Shown here: piece by piece, positions 11,571 through 24,327 of the stretch
Layout of the letters: every line of letters starts with the position of its first letter
How positions within the stretch are numbered: the first letter of the stretch is position 1
The notes under the pieces: generated by a model
What the model was told of the DNA's origin: nothing
Databases searched by the model: none
What the model saw: the letters and a program-made list of their open reading frames with translations, nothing else
Position numbers and translations under genes: made by a program
Assembly: GCA_951406725.2 (NCBI GenBank)
Contig: OX597830.1
Coordinates: 25,234,001-25,298,000, forward strand
Direction: 5' to 3'
DNA length: 64,000 bases
Source of the DNA: Octopus vulgaris
Taxonomy: Eukaryota

Positions 11571-12566
11571 TCATCATTTAGAGTCCGCTTTCCATGCTAG
11601 CATGGGTTGGACAGTTCAACTGGGGTCTGGGATACCAGAAGGCTGCACCAGGCCCAGTCTGATCTGGCAATGTTTCTACAGCTGGATGCCCTTCCTAATG
11701 CCAACCACTCTGTGAGTGTAGTGGGTGCTTTTTACATGCCAGACAGGGCTGGCAAACGGCCATACTTTAAACATACATGTATACTTTAACATGTGTACAT
11801 CCACATGATCGCAAAATCATGGTTTCAATTCATGGACCAGGCAGTGTGTTGTGTTCTTGAGCAAAAGATTTCATCTCGTTGTTATACAATCACTTCGATA
11901 TCGGATATGTGGCCGCTCATGCGTCTGTACAAGCAATGTCAGTAAGGAGAGATAGAGATAGCTCATGTACTGCACAAACATTTGATCGAGGTAAACAAAT
12001 AATCTGAGCAGATTGTTCAGCAAGAGATTGCAGAACCATCTTTCCCAACTCAGGAAGCTACTGAGAGCAATATCTTCATGTACAGACATACTTGCATATC
12101 ACATAGTGACAATGAACTGATACACTTCTAGATTCCCCATGTCTGAATTCACCCATTATGATCTACTTAAAACAGCAAATTGCTGGCAACACAGAAATGA
12201 GAAAAAAAAGCACACAAGCTATGACCTTCTATAAAAATTAGTATTTGTTTAAAGTTTGTACAGGTTCTCCTTCATTTTATAGACTTTTCAGTGTTCATTT
12301 TATCTCATTTACAGTATGTAAGTACATAATAGAAAGCTGAAAAAAATAATAATAATACTTAGAAGTGAAGATCAAAAGCTATTGTATGGAAGCAAATAGC
12401 TGTTAAATCGTATAATTTTATCTCATGTAATGTTGAAATAGCCTTATCTTATCAATACTAAACATTGGCACATTAAAGAAAATTTTAATAGAGTAACTAA
12501 TATGCTTTACATGCCTGTGTCTGTATGTAATATATATACATATATACATGTATATATATACACATA

Positions 12567-12878
12567 TCGTCACCGTCACCGTGACCGACCAGGCTATCAG
12601 ACGTTGCTACACATCGCTGGTCACAATGCGCTTCGCATTGTTTTAGCCTTCAAATGACGCCACCCCGCTGGCTAAGTGAGCAGGCCAACAGAAGAAAGAG
12701 TGAGAGAAAGTTGTGGTGAAAGAGTACAGCAGGGATCGCCACCATTCTCTGCCGGAGCCTTGTGGAGCTTTTAGGTGTTTTCGCTCAATAAACACACACA
12801 ACGCCCGGTCTGGGAATCGAAACCGCGATCCTTCGACCGCAAGTCCGCTGCCCTAACCACTGGGCCATTGCGCCTCCA
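12567..12878 (-). mobile_element. tRNA-derived SINE family C (second copy - 45804-46092; related partial copies + ~25005-25280)
   Basis: Minus-strand head GGCGCAATGGCCCAGTGGTTAGGGC...GGTTTCGATTCCC with A/B boxes and a (GGTGAC)n tail. Confidence 0.85.
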
Positions 12879-14185
12879 TATACACATATATATACATATA
12901 TACATACATCTATATACATACATCCATATACATACATATATATACCTACATATATATATACATACATGTATATACATACATACATTCATACATACATATA
13001 GACATACATATATATACATACATACATATAAGCATTCCTATAATCACAGCTACATTACAAATAAATATAAGAATATATATATATGTATGTATGTATATAT
13101 TGTTATACTTCGGAGTGGTCTTTTTCCTTTTTCTTTTTTTGCCAAATAAAGACATGCACTATATATCTATATATTCATTCTTCATTCATTTATTACTGTT
13201 CTTATTTTAACTGATGTCCATTGTCCAGAAATCTTTTGTTACACATCTGTGAGATCTTCAGTGACACTTTCCATCCTCGTGTATGTTCCTGCTCTGTTTA
13301 GTCCAATGCAGGACAGAGAGTGTCCTGGACATTTTTCTTCTAGCCAAGTAATAATATTTTCACAATTCTAATAATCTTTATATTTTATATCTAATTATTT
13401 CTTTGTATAATAGTGCTCACTTGTTTAATAATTATTGCTTTCATTATTTTATCACAGTCATAATCTCTCTTTTTTAAACAAACATCACGGTAGTCCAACA
13501 ACAGAGAGAGAAGCAGTTTGTCAAGTTTTACCTTCCCCTCAAAGCAACATAGAGATTTCAATTCAGCAGCCCTTCTGTAAGCCTTGTAGTGTGTGTGTGA
13601 GAGAGAGAGAGAACATTGCAAACAATGAATAAAATAAACATGAAATGAAAAAAATCGTATAAATAAAAGGTATTACTACAGATGTATACACCCCCGACTT
13701 TGTTGCCTCATGACATCCAGAAAAATGGATACTTTTTAACAAAATTTTCTACAAATACCGCTTAGATGTTGTAGATTCAGAGTATATAGTGATTTATGAG
13801 AAAGAATTTTTCCGAAGGGGTGAAGAGAGGAGTTTTGGAAAATTCACATGATCTGACATTTTTACCTCATAACTTACAGGAAGATGAGTATCTTTTAATG
13901 AAACTTTATATAAATCCCTTTCAAACAGCACAGATAATGATTATAAAGAAATTTGTGAGGAAAATTTTTTCAGGGATTTTCCTCGTGATTTTTAAACCAC
14001 AGCCTTCGAAATGATAGGTGGGGTAGGGGCATCTTTGTATGAAAAATGTTTTGTAAACTTATTTTTTACACCCCTTCCCACATCATCCCACTCCAGACCT
14101 ATTTTGGCCAATATTTTTTACACTTCAAAACCATAGGAAGAGCATTTTCAGTAAATTTCAATATATATATATATATATATATATA

Positions 14186-14644
14186 TTGAGGTGGTCATTA
14201 AGCTCTGCAGTAATTTTTGGAGCTGTACTATTATGATCCTTTCTAACAATTCACATAAGAGCCTGCTGGTCCCTATCTGAAAGTTTTGGTTTTCTTCCGG
14301 AGTTTTGTTTCGACATGGTGGTTTTTCTCTCTTTCTCAAAGGCTGTCGTTACTTTCAAGACAGTACTTCATGATACACCAAACATTTCGGCTGTTTTGTT
14401 ATGCTAGCACCTGTCATATGAGCACCAACAATTTGACATCTTTGAAAGTCCAATAGATCTGTAATTTTAATGAATTTTGATTACCTTTTTCTAATGATAT
14501 ATGAAAAGAAACAGCAATTTTAGCAAAACATATTGAGCAACACTAATAATAAATCAAAAAACATAAAAATAAACAAGCTTTTGACAGTTTTATAGATATT
14601 TCAAAATTATGATGCTAGGTGTTTCCATTATTTTGTCCAACCCC
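14186..14644 (-). mobile_element. Tc1-like transposon 5' fragment (TIR plus transposase N-terminus)
   Basis: TIR ggggttggacaaaataatggaaacacc. Decayed DL.DFQR.QIVGA.M.GAS...SGRKPKLSDRD HTH region. The same TIR recurs at ~46129-46230. Confidence 0.75.
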
Positions 14645-14876
14645 CATCATCATCATCATCATCATCATCATCGTTTAACGTCCGTTTTCTGCGCTAGCAT
14701 GGGTTGGACGGTTCGACCGGGGTCTGGGGAGCCAGGGGCTGCTCCAGGTTCCAGTCTGATCTGGCAGTGTTTCTACAGCTGGATGCCCTTCCTAACGCCA
14801 ACCACTCCACAAGTGTAGTTGGTGCTTTTTACGTGCCACCTGCACAGGTGCCAGAGGGGTCTGGCATCGGCCTAAT

Positions 14877-14917
<41 letters not shown>

Positions 14918-15526
14918 ACGGGAAGCTTTATGAAAATAGACAAAAGACGAAGGCAGGTTTACGGAAATAAACAAAAGACGAAGGCAGGTGGAATACAAAC
15001 AAACAATTGTATTAGTATATAGTATATATATGTATATATATATATATATATACACACACACATTTAGATGTATATGTATATAAGCACACACGCATACACA
15101 CCTATACATGGATTTATTACAGTTTATTTCACTTTCATTCATTCTGTTTTATTTTATTTTATTTCTTCTTTATTTTCTATACATTTATTTAATTTTTATA
15201 TTCATTTTAATTTCTATTTTTAATTTTATATTCTTTATATTTTAGTTTTATTTTATTTCATTTGTATCTTATCTTTACTTTATCTCTGCTCATATATAAA
15301 TTAATCTATATACCTAAAAGATTGGAAAGGAACATATATATCAGCACAAGTGCATATTGATGTACTTATTGACATTCATACTTGTTGCACATGTGTGTGT
15401 GTATATAAGTGCATGTATCTATGTATTATGTATATGTGAGTGTGTGTACGTGCTTGTCCGTAGGCACATATGTGCATACACATATACAAACAGAGGTATA
15501 AATTTTGTTTCACTTTTACTTTATTC

Positions 15527-15683
15527 TATTCCATGAGCAGAAATTTTATTCTTGTTTTCCTTTACACTTACTTTCTTTTATTCATTATATTAATTTACCC
15601 ATATATTATTTAACCCATAATTCATGATTGTTAATATTACTATTATTGAAGTGAAATAAAAGAAATAATTTTAATGCATGCAT

Positions 15684-15720
<37 letters not shown>

Positions 15721-17430
15721 TACATACACACATATTAAACAAGTCTATATATTCTGTATATTCCAAAAGTATCCTAATGTAATCCTTATTGTCCTCTGAA
15801 TACCCTGATGATTTTCCTTCTAAGGTATTTAAAATACAAAAGTATATTTTTATATATGTTTTGTAATTTTAATCTTATTTGAGAAATGAAACAATTGTTG
15901 GTTAATACGTTGATTAATTAATGAATTAGATCTCTCTGTTTTCTAACTCAATAAAAATGTCTGATATCTTACGATATGCTATATAATATATTCGTTGAAG
16001 GATTATCTCTTTAAAATTTAAAATATTAAACCAGTGTATCTTGGACAAATATCCCTATAAGAGGTTTGAATATCCTCATTGTGACAATATACACGCACAC
16101 ACACCATACATATACATACATACATACACATCTACTCCCTGGAGAGGAGATGTGAGAGATATGCAGGGCTATACATATGGAAAATAATGGAAGATCTAGC
16201 TCCAAATTTCAGAATCAAAATCTACTACAAACCCCGAACTGGACACCACTGCAGAGTACCAAAGGTCCCATCTTCTCCATCGAGGTACTATACTTTTCCC
16301 CACAAAATTTCATTGCTTCATGACTGTTAGATGTGGGTGATAGGTATAAACAATTTGATGTATATGAATATTTAAGTGGTATTTATTTTATTGCTCCACC
16401 CCAGGAAGGATGAAATGCAAAGACAGTTTCAACTGGAAATTGACAATATCATCAGGTTACTGCTCCAATAGTATATATTGTTATAATTTTCAAACTACTT
16501 ATAAGGATTACAATACCAAATATAAAAAGAAATACTGTTTGTTTCATAGCTATTGAGGTGTAACCAAGGTACCATTACAAATTGGGTAGGAGTAGACCAT
16601 GAAAGGAATGCTACAATCCACAATGTTAACTCTTAAATGATTCGACAAATGTGTCCTTTTTTAAATGAGATTTTTCCTTTTGCTAAAATTTGAGATTTTG
16701 AAATTCTCTCATTTATGTGGTTAATTATAAAAATCTTTGTGAGTAAGAGAGAAAAAGAAAAAAAGACAGTTCTTTTCTATCACAAGAAGTCAAACTAGTA
16801 ACAAAAAAAAATTGTTTCCTCTTCTCTGTTCCTATGGTGTTATGCATTGGTAAAAGAAGGTATGATGCAGTGTGTGACTTTTCCACATTGCATGAAGGGA
16901 TTTTTGACATACAGAATAGCATATAATGATTTACAAGTTAAAATCACTACTTTAAATAAGACAAGGCATACATTGAACAAGGGCTTCATTCATTTATTAA
17001 TACAAAAAAACTGGCCATTGAAAGTTCATTTTCTTCATCATGTTAGTCTTCATGTTCCTATGGCTAGGGGTCTACAATAAAAGATCTTCCCATTTATTTT
17101 TATATACTATATATTAGGGTATACTATAAAACCCAGTATTCACATATTTGATTTATTTCTTATTAATTGTTCCTTGGTCTACCATTTATTTTATTCCATG
17201 AGCAGAAATTTTATTCTAATTTTCCTTTACACTTACTTTCTTTTATTCATTATATTAATTTACCCATATATTATTTAACCCATAATTCAAGATTGTTATT
17301 ATTACTATTATTGAAGTGAAATAAAAGAATAATTTTAATGCATGCACACACATACATACATACACGCATATTAAACAAGTTTATATATTCTGTATATTCC
17401 AAAAGTATCCTAATGTAATCCTTATTGTCC
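15527..17430. repeat. Intronic direct duplication of ~240-270 bp (15527-15794 and 17192-17430)
   Basis: Near-identical tattccatgagcagaaatttt...gtaatccttattgtcc, differing mainly in the internal CA microsatellite. Confidence 0.88.
16133..16290 (+). mobile_element. CR1/L2-group LINE ORF2 remnant
   Basis: Translates YSLERR.ERY...YIWKIMEDLAPNF...RTGHHC, typical of the CR1-group C-terminus. Confidence 0.6.
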
Positions 17431-17731
17431 ACACACACACACATGTACAGCTATCCTTTCAAAAAGCATAGAATACATGATTCCTTTCAGTGGTGGAGCA
17501 TGGACAGTGCACACTGCGTGGAGCAGTCTCTTTATATATACTTGCTGTAAATGAAGTGCGTAACTGAGTTGTTGACTGTGCAGAGTGGCCAATTTGGCTG
17601 CCACACAGGTTAACCAAAATCCACTCTACATCTCTGCTTCATTTGCATCATATCTCCACTTATATGTTACTTAATTATGTTCCTATAATGTATTGATAAG
17701 ACAAACTATTAAGACACTTTTATAATTGCAG

Positions 17732-17951
17732 GATCTCTACCTCATCAATATAAAATAGTAATTGCTGGAAATCATGACATAAGTTTCGACACAGATTTGT
17801 TAAAAAAACCAGTGTATATTTTCAAGAATGATATTGAGAGAGACCTTAATGATTTACAAGTTGAGTCAGGAAAAGCTTTTCTTACCAACTGTACTTACTT
17901 GGAAGATTCTTATGTGGATATCCATGGTTATAAGATCTATGGTTCTCCTTG
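17732..17951 (+). CDS. MPPED: MPPED exon (SLPHQYKIVIAGNHDISFD...TNCTYLEDS...KIYGSPW)
   Basis: Manual translation shows the GNHD motif and IYGSPW. Acceptor ttgcAG, donor TG|GTAAG, phases 1/2 consistent. Confidence 0.94.
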
Positions 17952-18346
17952 GTAAGATTCAATATATTTCATCATCATTTTATCTCCACTTTTTCCATGC
18001 TAGCATGGGTTGGATGAGATTTCTTGAGGCAGCATTCTATGGTTAGAAGCCCTTCTCAGTGCCAACTCTTATTCTTTTTACAAGTTAGGTAATTTATTAC
18101 ATGTCTCCACATATCAAACTGCTGTTGGCCGTTTTTTTTTTTATTTATTTATAAGAGATATAACCCTTTAGCATTTCAACCAGCCATATCCGGCCTAAAT
18201 ACTCTACCTGTTTTATGTTCAAACCAGCCAGATCTAGCCTCTCACACCTACCCTACTATGTTATTCAAAGAATATACAACATCATCATCGAAGTTTTAAA
18301 GCTATGAGATAATTGCATGATTAATTCAAAACAATGTGAATAAATA

Positions 18347-18834
18347 CCATAAATCCTCGAATATAATCCACATTTTTTTCCCAAAATTTAAAGGTCAAAA
18401 TCCCTAATGCATATTATACATGAGGTTAAAAATGAAAATTATATTCTAAGCAATATTCAAGTCTCTATTTGCTGTCTGGCAATGTTTATTCAGATGCATT
18501 TTGTGATGTCAGGCGCAAAAATACCTTAAGCTAAGCCTGAAAGCAATGAAGTCATAAAAGAATCATCCATAACTTGCAGTAAGCAACATTTATTAAACAT
18601 TATTACTGTTATTTCTTTATTTTTATGCAAACAAAATGCACAAAAATGCTACATGATAATAAAGTATGTTACCGTATACATTTTTACAAACCAAAGACGT
18701 TATATAGACCTCCTTGACTCAAGTTAGTGAAGGGGTGCGTATTATACACAAGGTTTAGGTTTTTCAGAGGTACAGCCCCTTAAAAGTCCCCTGTGTATTA
18801 TACTCAAGGGTGGACTATACTCGAGGATTTACGG
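18347..18834. mobile_element. Tc2/pogo-like MITE with TA TSD, nested in a piggyBac-like MITE
   Basis: TA|CCATAAATCCTCGAATATAATCC...GGACTATACTCGAGGATTTACGG|TA. The host MITE sequence resumes on both sides (18160-18880). Confidence 0.8.
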
Positions 18835-18944
18835 TAAGTATTACATTTGACAGAGTAGTCTGAATGCTAAAGAGTCAAACAATGTAATTGCAGCTGAAAC
18901 AATCTCAATGCAAAGATGTGTACACACACACAAACACACACACT

Positions 18945-18976
<32 letters not shown>

Positions 18977-19011
18977 AACACACACTCACACACACAAACA
19001 CACACACACAA

Positions 19012-19043
<32 letters not shown>

Positions 19044-19636
19044 ACACACACACACACAAACCAGCTGTTAACTAATATCTGTAAGGAGGCCAACTGAAGT
19101 AAGTTGGGTTCAGGAAGGACAATGATAATGAAAAAAATAAAGAAATTGTGAGCCATGGCTGAAATTCTTCCACTAACTTTTCATAGTATATCAGTATTCT
19201 ATTTAAAACTGATGTTGGTATATAATTAGCACCAACTAGTCAATGGTCATTACAGAAATAAATTGTCATGTGTTGTTCAATAATAATTACTCATCTGTCT
19301 AACATCACTGTTTTTGTCAGCTAATTATGATAAAAAATACATACACACCAAAATAGCTATAACATCAGGTGGTTCTGCTATACTCTATATGTTTAATTGC
19401 AAACATCTTTCACCATATTTTCTAAAGAATTTGAGCTATTTTGCATTGATTCAACATTTCCTAATTGTTTCTGCATAAATTTTACTTTATGTCTATATTA
19501 GAAATAAACATATTCCTCTTGAAATTGCCAAGATGGGTTGATATGTTGTGAAAAGCAGGTCATAAATGGTAAATCCTAAACAAATCTTATTTGCTTAATA
19601 TCTTGGAGAGAAAAAAAAAGATAGCAATCAAAAGAT

Positions 19637-20030
19637 AGACGCAGGAGTGGCTGTGTGGTAAGTAGCTTGCTTACCAACCACATGGTTCCGAGTTCAGTCC
19701 CACCGTGTGGCACCTTGGGCAAGGGTCTTCTACTATAGCCTCGGGTCGACCAAAGCCTTGTGAGTGGATTTGGTAGATGGAAACTGAAAGAAACCTGTTG
19801 TGTATATGTATATATATGTGTGCGTGTTTGTGTGTCTGTGTTTATCCTCCCAACATCGCTTGACAATTGATGCTGGTGTGTTTATGTCCCTGTAACTTAG
19901 CGGTTCAGCAAAAGTGACTGATAGAATAAGTACTAGGCTTATAAAAAATAAGTCCTAGGGTCGATTTGCTCGACTAAAGGTGGTGCTCCAGCATGACTGC
20001 AGTCAAATGACTGAAACAAGTAAAATAGAG
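19637..20030 (+). mobile_element. tRNA-derived SINE family A (other copies + 25697-26035, 40512-40908, 42395-42765, 57600-57985; - 3013-3420, 9662-9920, 45575-45785, 53431-53735, 54410-55065, 58443-58800)
   Basis: Pol III-like head (gtggctgtgtggtaag...ggttccgagttcagtccc), central TG/TA microsatellite and a conserved tail gtcaaatgactgaaacaagtaaaa. Many copies in the window. Confidence 0.88.
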
Positions 20031-21199
20031 AGAGTAATCATGTGTAGAAGATAACATTTTGTTGATTGCCAAATGGTTCCTCAACCACCAACAATGTAGA
20101 CCCAACCAAATAGTTATATCTAAGGAGTCAAGGCACATAGCTTAATGGTTAGGGTATTCAGTATACAATTGTAAGGTTATGTGTTTGATTCCTGGTTGTG
20201 CATTGTGTCCTTAAGCAAGACACTTTATTTTGCATTACTCCAGTTCACTCAGTTGGCAAAAGTGAGTTGTACCTATAATTCAAAAGGCCAGCCTTGTCAC
20301 ATTCTGTGTCATGTTGGATCTCCCTGAAAACTACATTAAGAGTACATGTGTCTGTGGAGTACTCAGCCACTTGCATGTTAATTTCACAAGCAGGCTGTTC
20401 CGGAGAACAGATCAACTGGAGCACTTGTCATCATAATGGAGTCCTAATTATATCTAAGAACCAGATATTTGAAATATTGAACAGTACAATTATATTTATA
20501 CCTTTTATATAGGTCTGTGGTAGATTTAACTTTAGCTACTGAACAACTAAGATTCTTCTTCAAAGAAACATCCCTACCAAAATGTTATTATCTTCTTCAT
20601 TTCAAAGCTCACCTCTTTGGTTATTTAAAAAAAAATTATATATATCTGATTTTGCTGATACAGACCATAATTAGTCAACCAGTTCTAGTGACTAAATTTC
20701 TTTCTCTTTTTCAACTTGCCTACTATCCTTCTTTAATGTATTCAAAAACGAAGAGCCGACAGAATCATTAGCTTGCCAAGGAGAATGCTTAGAGGCATTT
20801 TTGCCATCTTTACATTCTAAGTTAAATTTTTGCTGAGGTCAACTTTGCCTTTCACTCCTCCAGATTTGATAAAATAGGTACCAGTTGAATACTGGGGTCT
20901 ATGTAATCAATTAACTCCCCCACCACCACCAAATATACATATTTGACACCAACATATAAGTTGCCAGTGGAGCCAACTTTCATAACTACCCTATACTTAT
21001 TGCATCTGTAAAGGATTACATCAGAGATGAAAGTTTCAAATCATTATGACAGCCCATTAGTGACATCTTTGTTACATGTCAGACAACTTTATACAAAAAT
21101 TATATCTAGTTTCAAACTGATTCTACAAGAACCTGAAACACACTTAACATTCTCTATCGCCTGATGTCACTTGTATTTCATAGTTTTCTTTTTACACAG

Positions 21200-21315
21200 G
21201 CAACCACGTTTTTGCGACTGGGCCTTCAATGTACCCCGAGGTAAGAAACTGCTGGATAAATGGAATCTTATCCCTGATGATGTGGATATCTTAATAACAC
21301 ATGGACCACCTCTGG
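21200..21315 (+). CDS. MPPED: MPPED exon (QPRFCDWAFNVPRG...DILITHGPPL)
   Basis: THGPP motif. Acceptor tttacacAG, donor G|GTAAG, phases 2/1. Confidence 0.94.
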
Positions 21316-23529
21316 GTAAGAGAATTTTCTATTTAATTAGTCTTCGTTTTTTTATTTTTCTTTGTAAATTGTATGTATATCAATGACACCTTGAATATTC
21401 TCCATCATCATCATCATTTAACATCTATTTTCCATGCCAACTGGAGCTGGCAAGCTGGAGAGCTGCACTGGGCTCCATTTGTCTGTTTTGGCATGGTCTC
21501 TACAGCTGGATGCCCTTTCTAATGCCAACCAGTACACTCTGTAAAGTAGGCAGCATAAGGAAGGACATCCATCTATAGAAGCCATGTCAAAACAGACAAA
21601 TGGAGCCTGGTGCAGCTCTCTGGCTCGTCAGCTCCTGTTAAACTGTCCAACCCATGCCCCATGCTAATTAATTCTTCAAGTTACTAAAGTTAAAAATTAC
21701 AGACCAAGACATGTGTCCGTATGATGTCATATTGCCATTAAAAATATCCTTCCCTGTTATGGTAAGAAGCTGAGGAAGGGAACACAGAAGAATTATTATG
21801 TACAAACAGACAGACAAGACAGCTATTAAAGATATATAAGACACTTTAGATATTACTAAGTGCACAAGAAATTTGTGGGCTCAGATAAGTATGTATGCCG
21901 GTGGGAGAAAAGGTTACTGATATTTTGTGACTGGCTTTTTGCCACCTGCTGTATAATGTACAGATGCAGTATGGTTAAAAGATTAAAAAAGTCACTTCTC
22001 AATCACATGAACTTGGATTCAGTCCCACTGTGTCATATCTTGGTCAAGTGTTTGTACTATAACTACAAAAGTGCTGCGATAAATGATTCTCTTTGGTTGA
22101 ATATCATGTGAAATTGATAAATATCCTCTGACAATTTTAATTAAGTGGTTCCCAACTTTTATTGCTACCAAGGACCATGTGAATTTTTCCACAGATCCCA
22201 AGCTTTTGAAAGGCCAAACTACTTGACAAATTTTGAACTCACTTCAGTTACCCAAGTTTATATTTGTAGATATGCCCTCCTCCAGGGCTCTTCAAATCTC
22301 AGGTTGAGCACTGCTGTACTATGGCATGGAGATAACTGAACAAATACTTGGAAAGATGCCACAGGCTTTTTATCTTGGATATATTGAACAGCTGCCAGTT
22401 CTAGGACCATACTGTGCATTGTGTACAATATTTAACTGCAGTTATTCATGTTTATCATGGATGTTTGGCTAAAAAAAGATAAATCATGTTAAATAAATCA
22501 TTGGTAAATGAATAATAGAACATATGGAAAAATAGATTTCATTCTGAGGCCCTGAGTTGTGCTGAGCATTGTGAGTGGTCATTGGAGTGCACTTATGCAG
22601 TCCAAGCAGAATCTTTAACTGGTTGCCAACCTATATTTTCACAAATCAATTTGTGATAAGCATAATATGTAATAGTTGAGCATACTGTTATCCCAGATCA
22701 GCAATGAATGAATCAAGGATAAACAAAGATAGATGTATATGAAATACATGTTGGCAAGTCACCTGAAGCATCTGTTTGTAAGAGTGCTCTGGTAGAGGTT
22801 ACAATGGAAGCAGGAAAAGTGGACTTGGTTTGAGAGAAAGGATTCTTGATTTATTAGGATTTACCAGATGTGGATGGCAATGACTATACTCAGAAACAGG
22901 GATGCATCCTGTTACTTGTATGATTTGGAAGCATCAATTCAGACTGTTTGGTCATGTTGCTCAGTTTTCTGAGTTAGATCCTACATATTGTGTTCTCTTC
23001 TCACATACATGTGCTTGCGCTTGTGTATGAGAGAGAGAAAGAGGGTGAGAAATAGAGTGAGTGAGTGAAGGTGTGTGTTGTGATGATTGACGTCTTTTAA
23101 GGTACACACACACATATAGAAAATATGATGTAATAGTATAAATTTTTTACGATAGTTGATTTATGGAAAAGATTATGTTAATTTTTGAAATGCAAATATG
23201 TGAATGAAAATTAAGTTTAATTTGTAGCCAAAATAGTACTAAATCTTTTGATACCCCATACGTCAAAGTCTGTAACTCGGTTTTGGAAAGCATAAGGAAT
23301 ATATAATGTCAAAGATGAGGCAGACCTGTACATGGTAGCTAGACCTGGTAGAAATAGCAGCCAAATCTCCCACAAAACACCCTACTGTCTTAATCCGACA
23401 ATTCTGCCTATTATGTAGCTTTAATGAGAAACTGTAACTAAAGATTAAGATTATTAACCCCACAGAGAGACGAAAGAAGAGAGACAGCATAGGGATGGTT
23501 TTGGCTGTCATCCTGTACTCCCCTTGTTG

Positions 23530-23770
23530 CTAGTGAAATGACATAAACCGCCTGTCTTGAGTTACTGGTTGTTTTAATGGCAGAACAAACTGGACATAAA
23601 GATTACACAAATAGTGATTCTCACTTTGAAACTAACGATTTTGAAAATCTTTTTAGATTACAGAACACCCAGGTCTCTCATGTATCCATGTTTAAAATTT
23701 CAGTGTGATCGGATGAACTTGAGTTGTAAGGGCACAAACAGACGGAACGGATTTTATATATTAAGAAGAT
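23530..23770 (-). mobile_element. Possible non-autonomous Helitron remnant
   Basis: The minus strand starts TCTTCTTAATATATAAAA and ends CACTAG. Confidence 0.4.
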
Positions 23771-24216
23771 ATATATATATATCATTAGAAAGGGGATCCA
23801 AATAAAATATTAATTATTATGCATATAATTATATGTATTTGTGTTCATATTTCTTGTCTTTGTGTTTGCTGGTCGTAAATAATAGCCTCACAAACAAATA
23901 GTGTTCTTTCCCTGCAGTCCATAATGAAAGTATGCCTGAGTTTCTTGACATGTTTTATGATCTTTGTAAACAAAAGGCTCATTCAACTGGTGTTGTTTGT
24001 TTCTAGTTCTCCATGTAACAGTGATTGGGCTGTTTGCTATCTCATAGACTGATTGGGGATTAGTATCAAGTAGGGCATCTGTAGAAAACTCTGCCCCAAA
24101 ATTATTCTTGTCTGACCCATGCAAGCATGGAAAAGCAAACAATATTAAAACAATGACAGCAACACCAGTGGTGGTGATGATAATGATGATTTTCTTCTTT
24201 TATCCCCATACTATAG

Positions 24217-24327
24217 GTTATGGAGACCTTTGCAGATCTGGCTTGAGGGCTGGTTGTGTTGACCTCCTCAACACCATTCAGAAGCGAGTCCAACCAAAAT
24301 TTCATGTTTTCGGACATATTCATGAAG
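24217..24327 (+). CDS. MPPED: MPPED exon (YGDLC..RAGCVDLLNTIQKRVQPKFHVFGHIHE)
   Basis: GHxH motif (FGHIHE). Acceptor ctatAG, donor G|GTGAA, phases 1/1. Confidence 0.94.

Noticed and set aside
12800-12878. tRNA-like sequence
   Set aside because: It is the Pol III head of a SINE. It continues into SINE body, is repeated at ~46010-46092 and lacks a proper acceptor stem.
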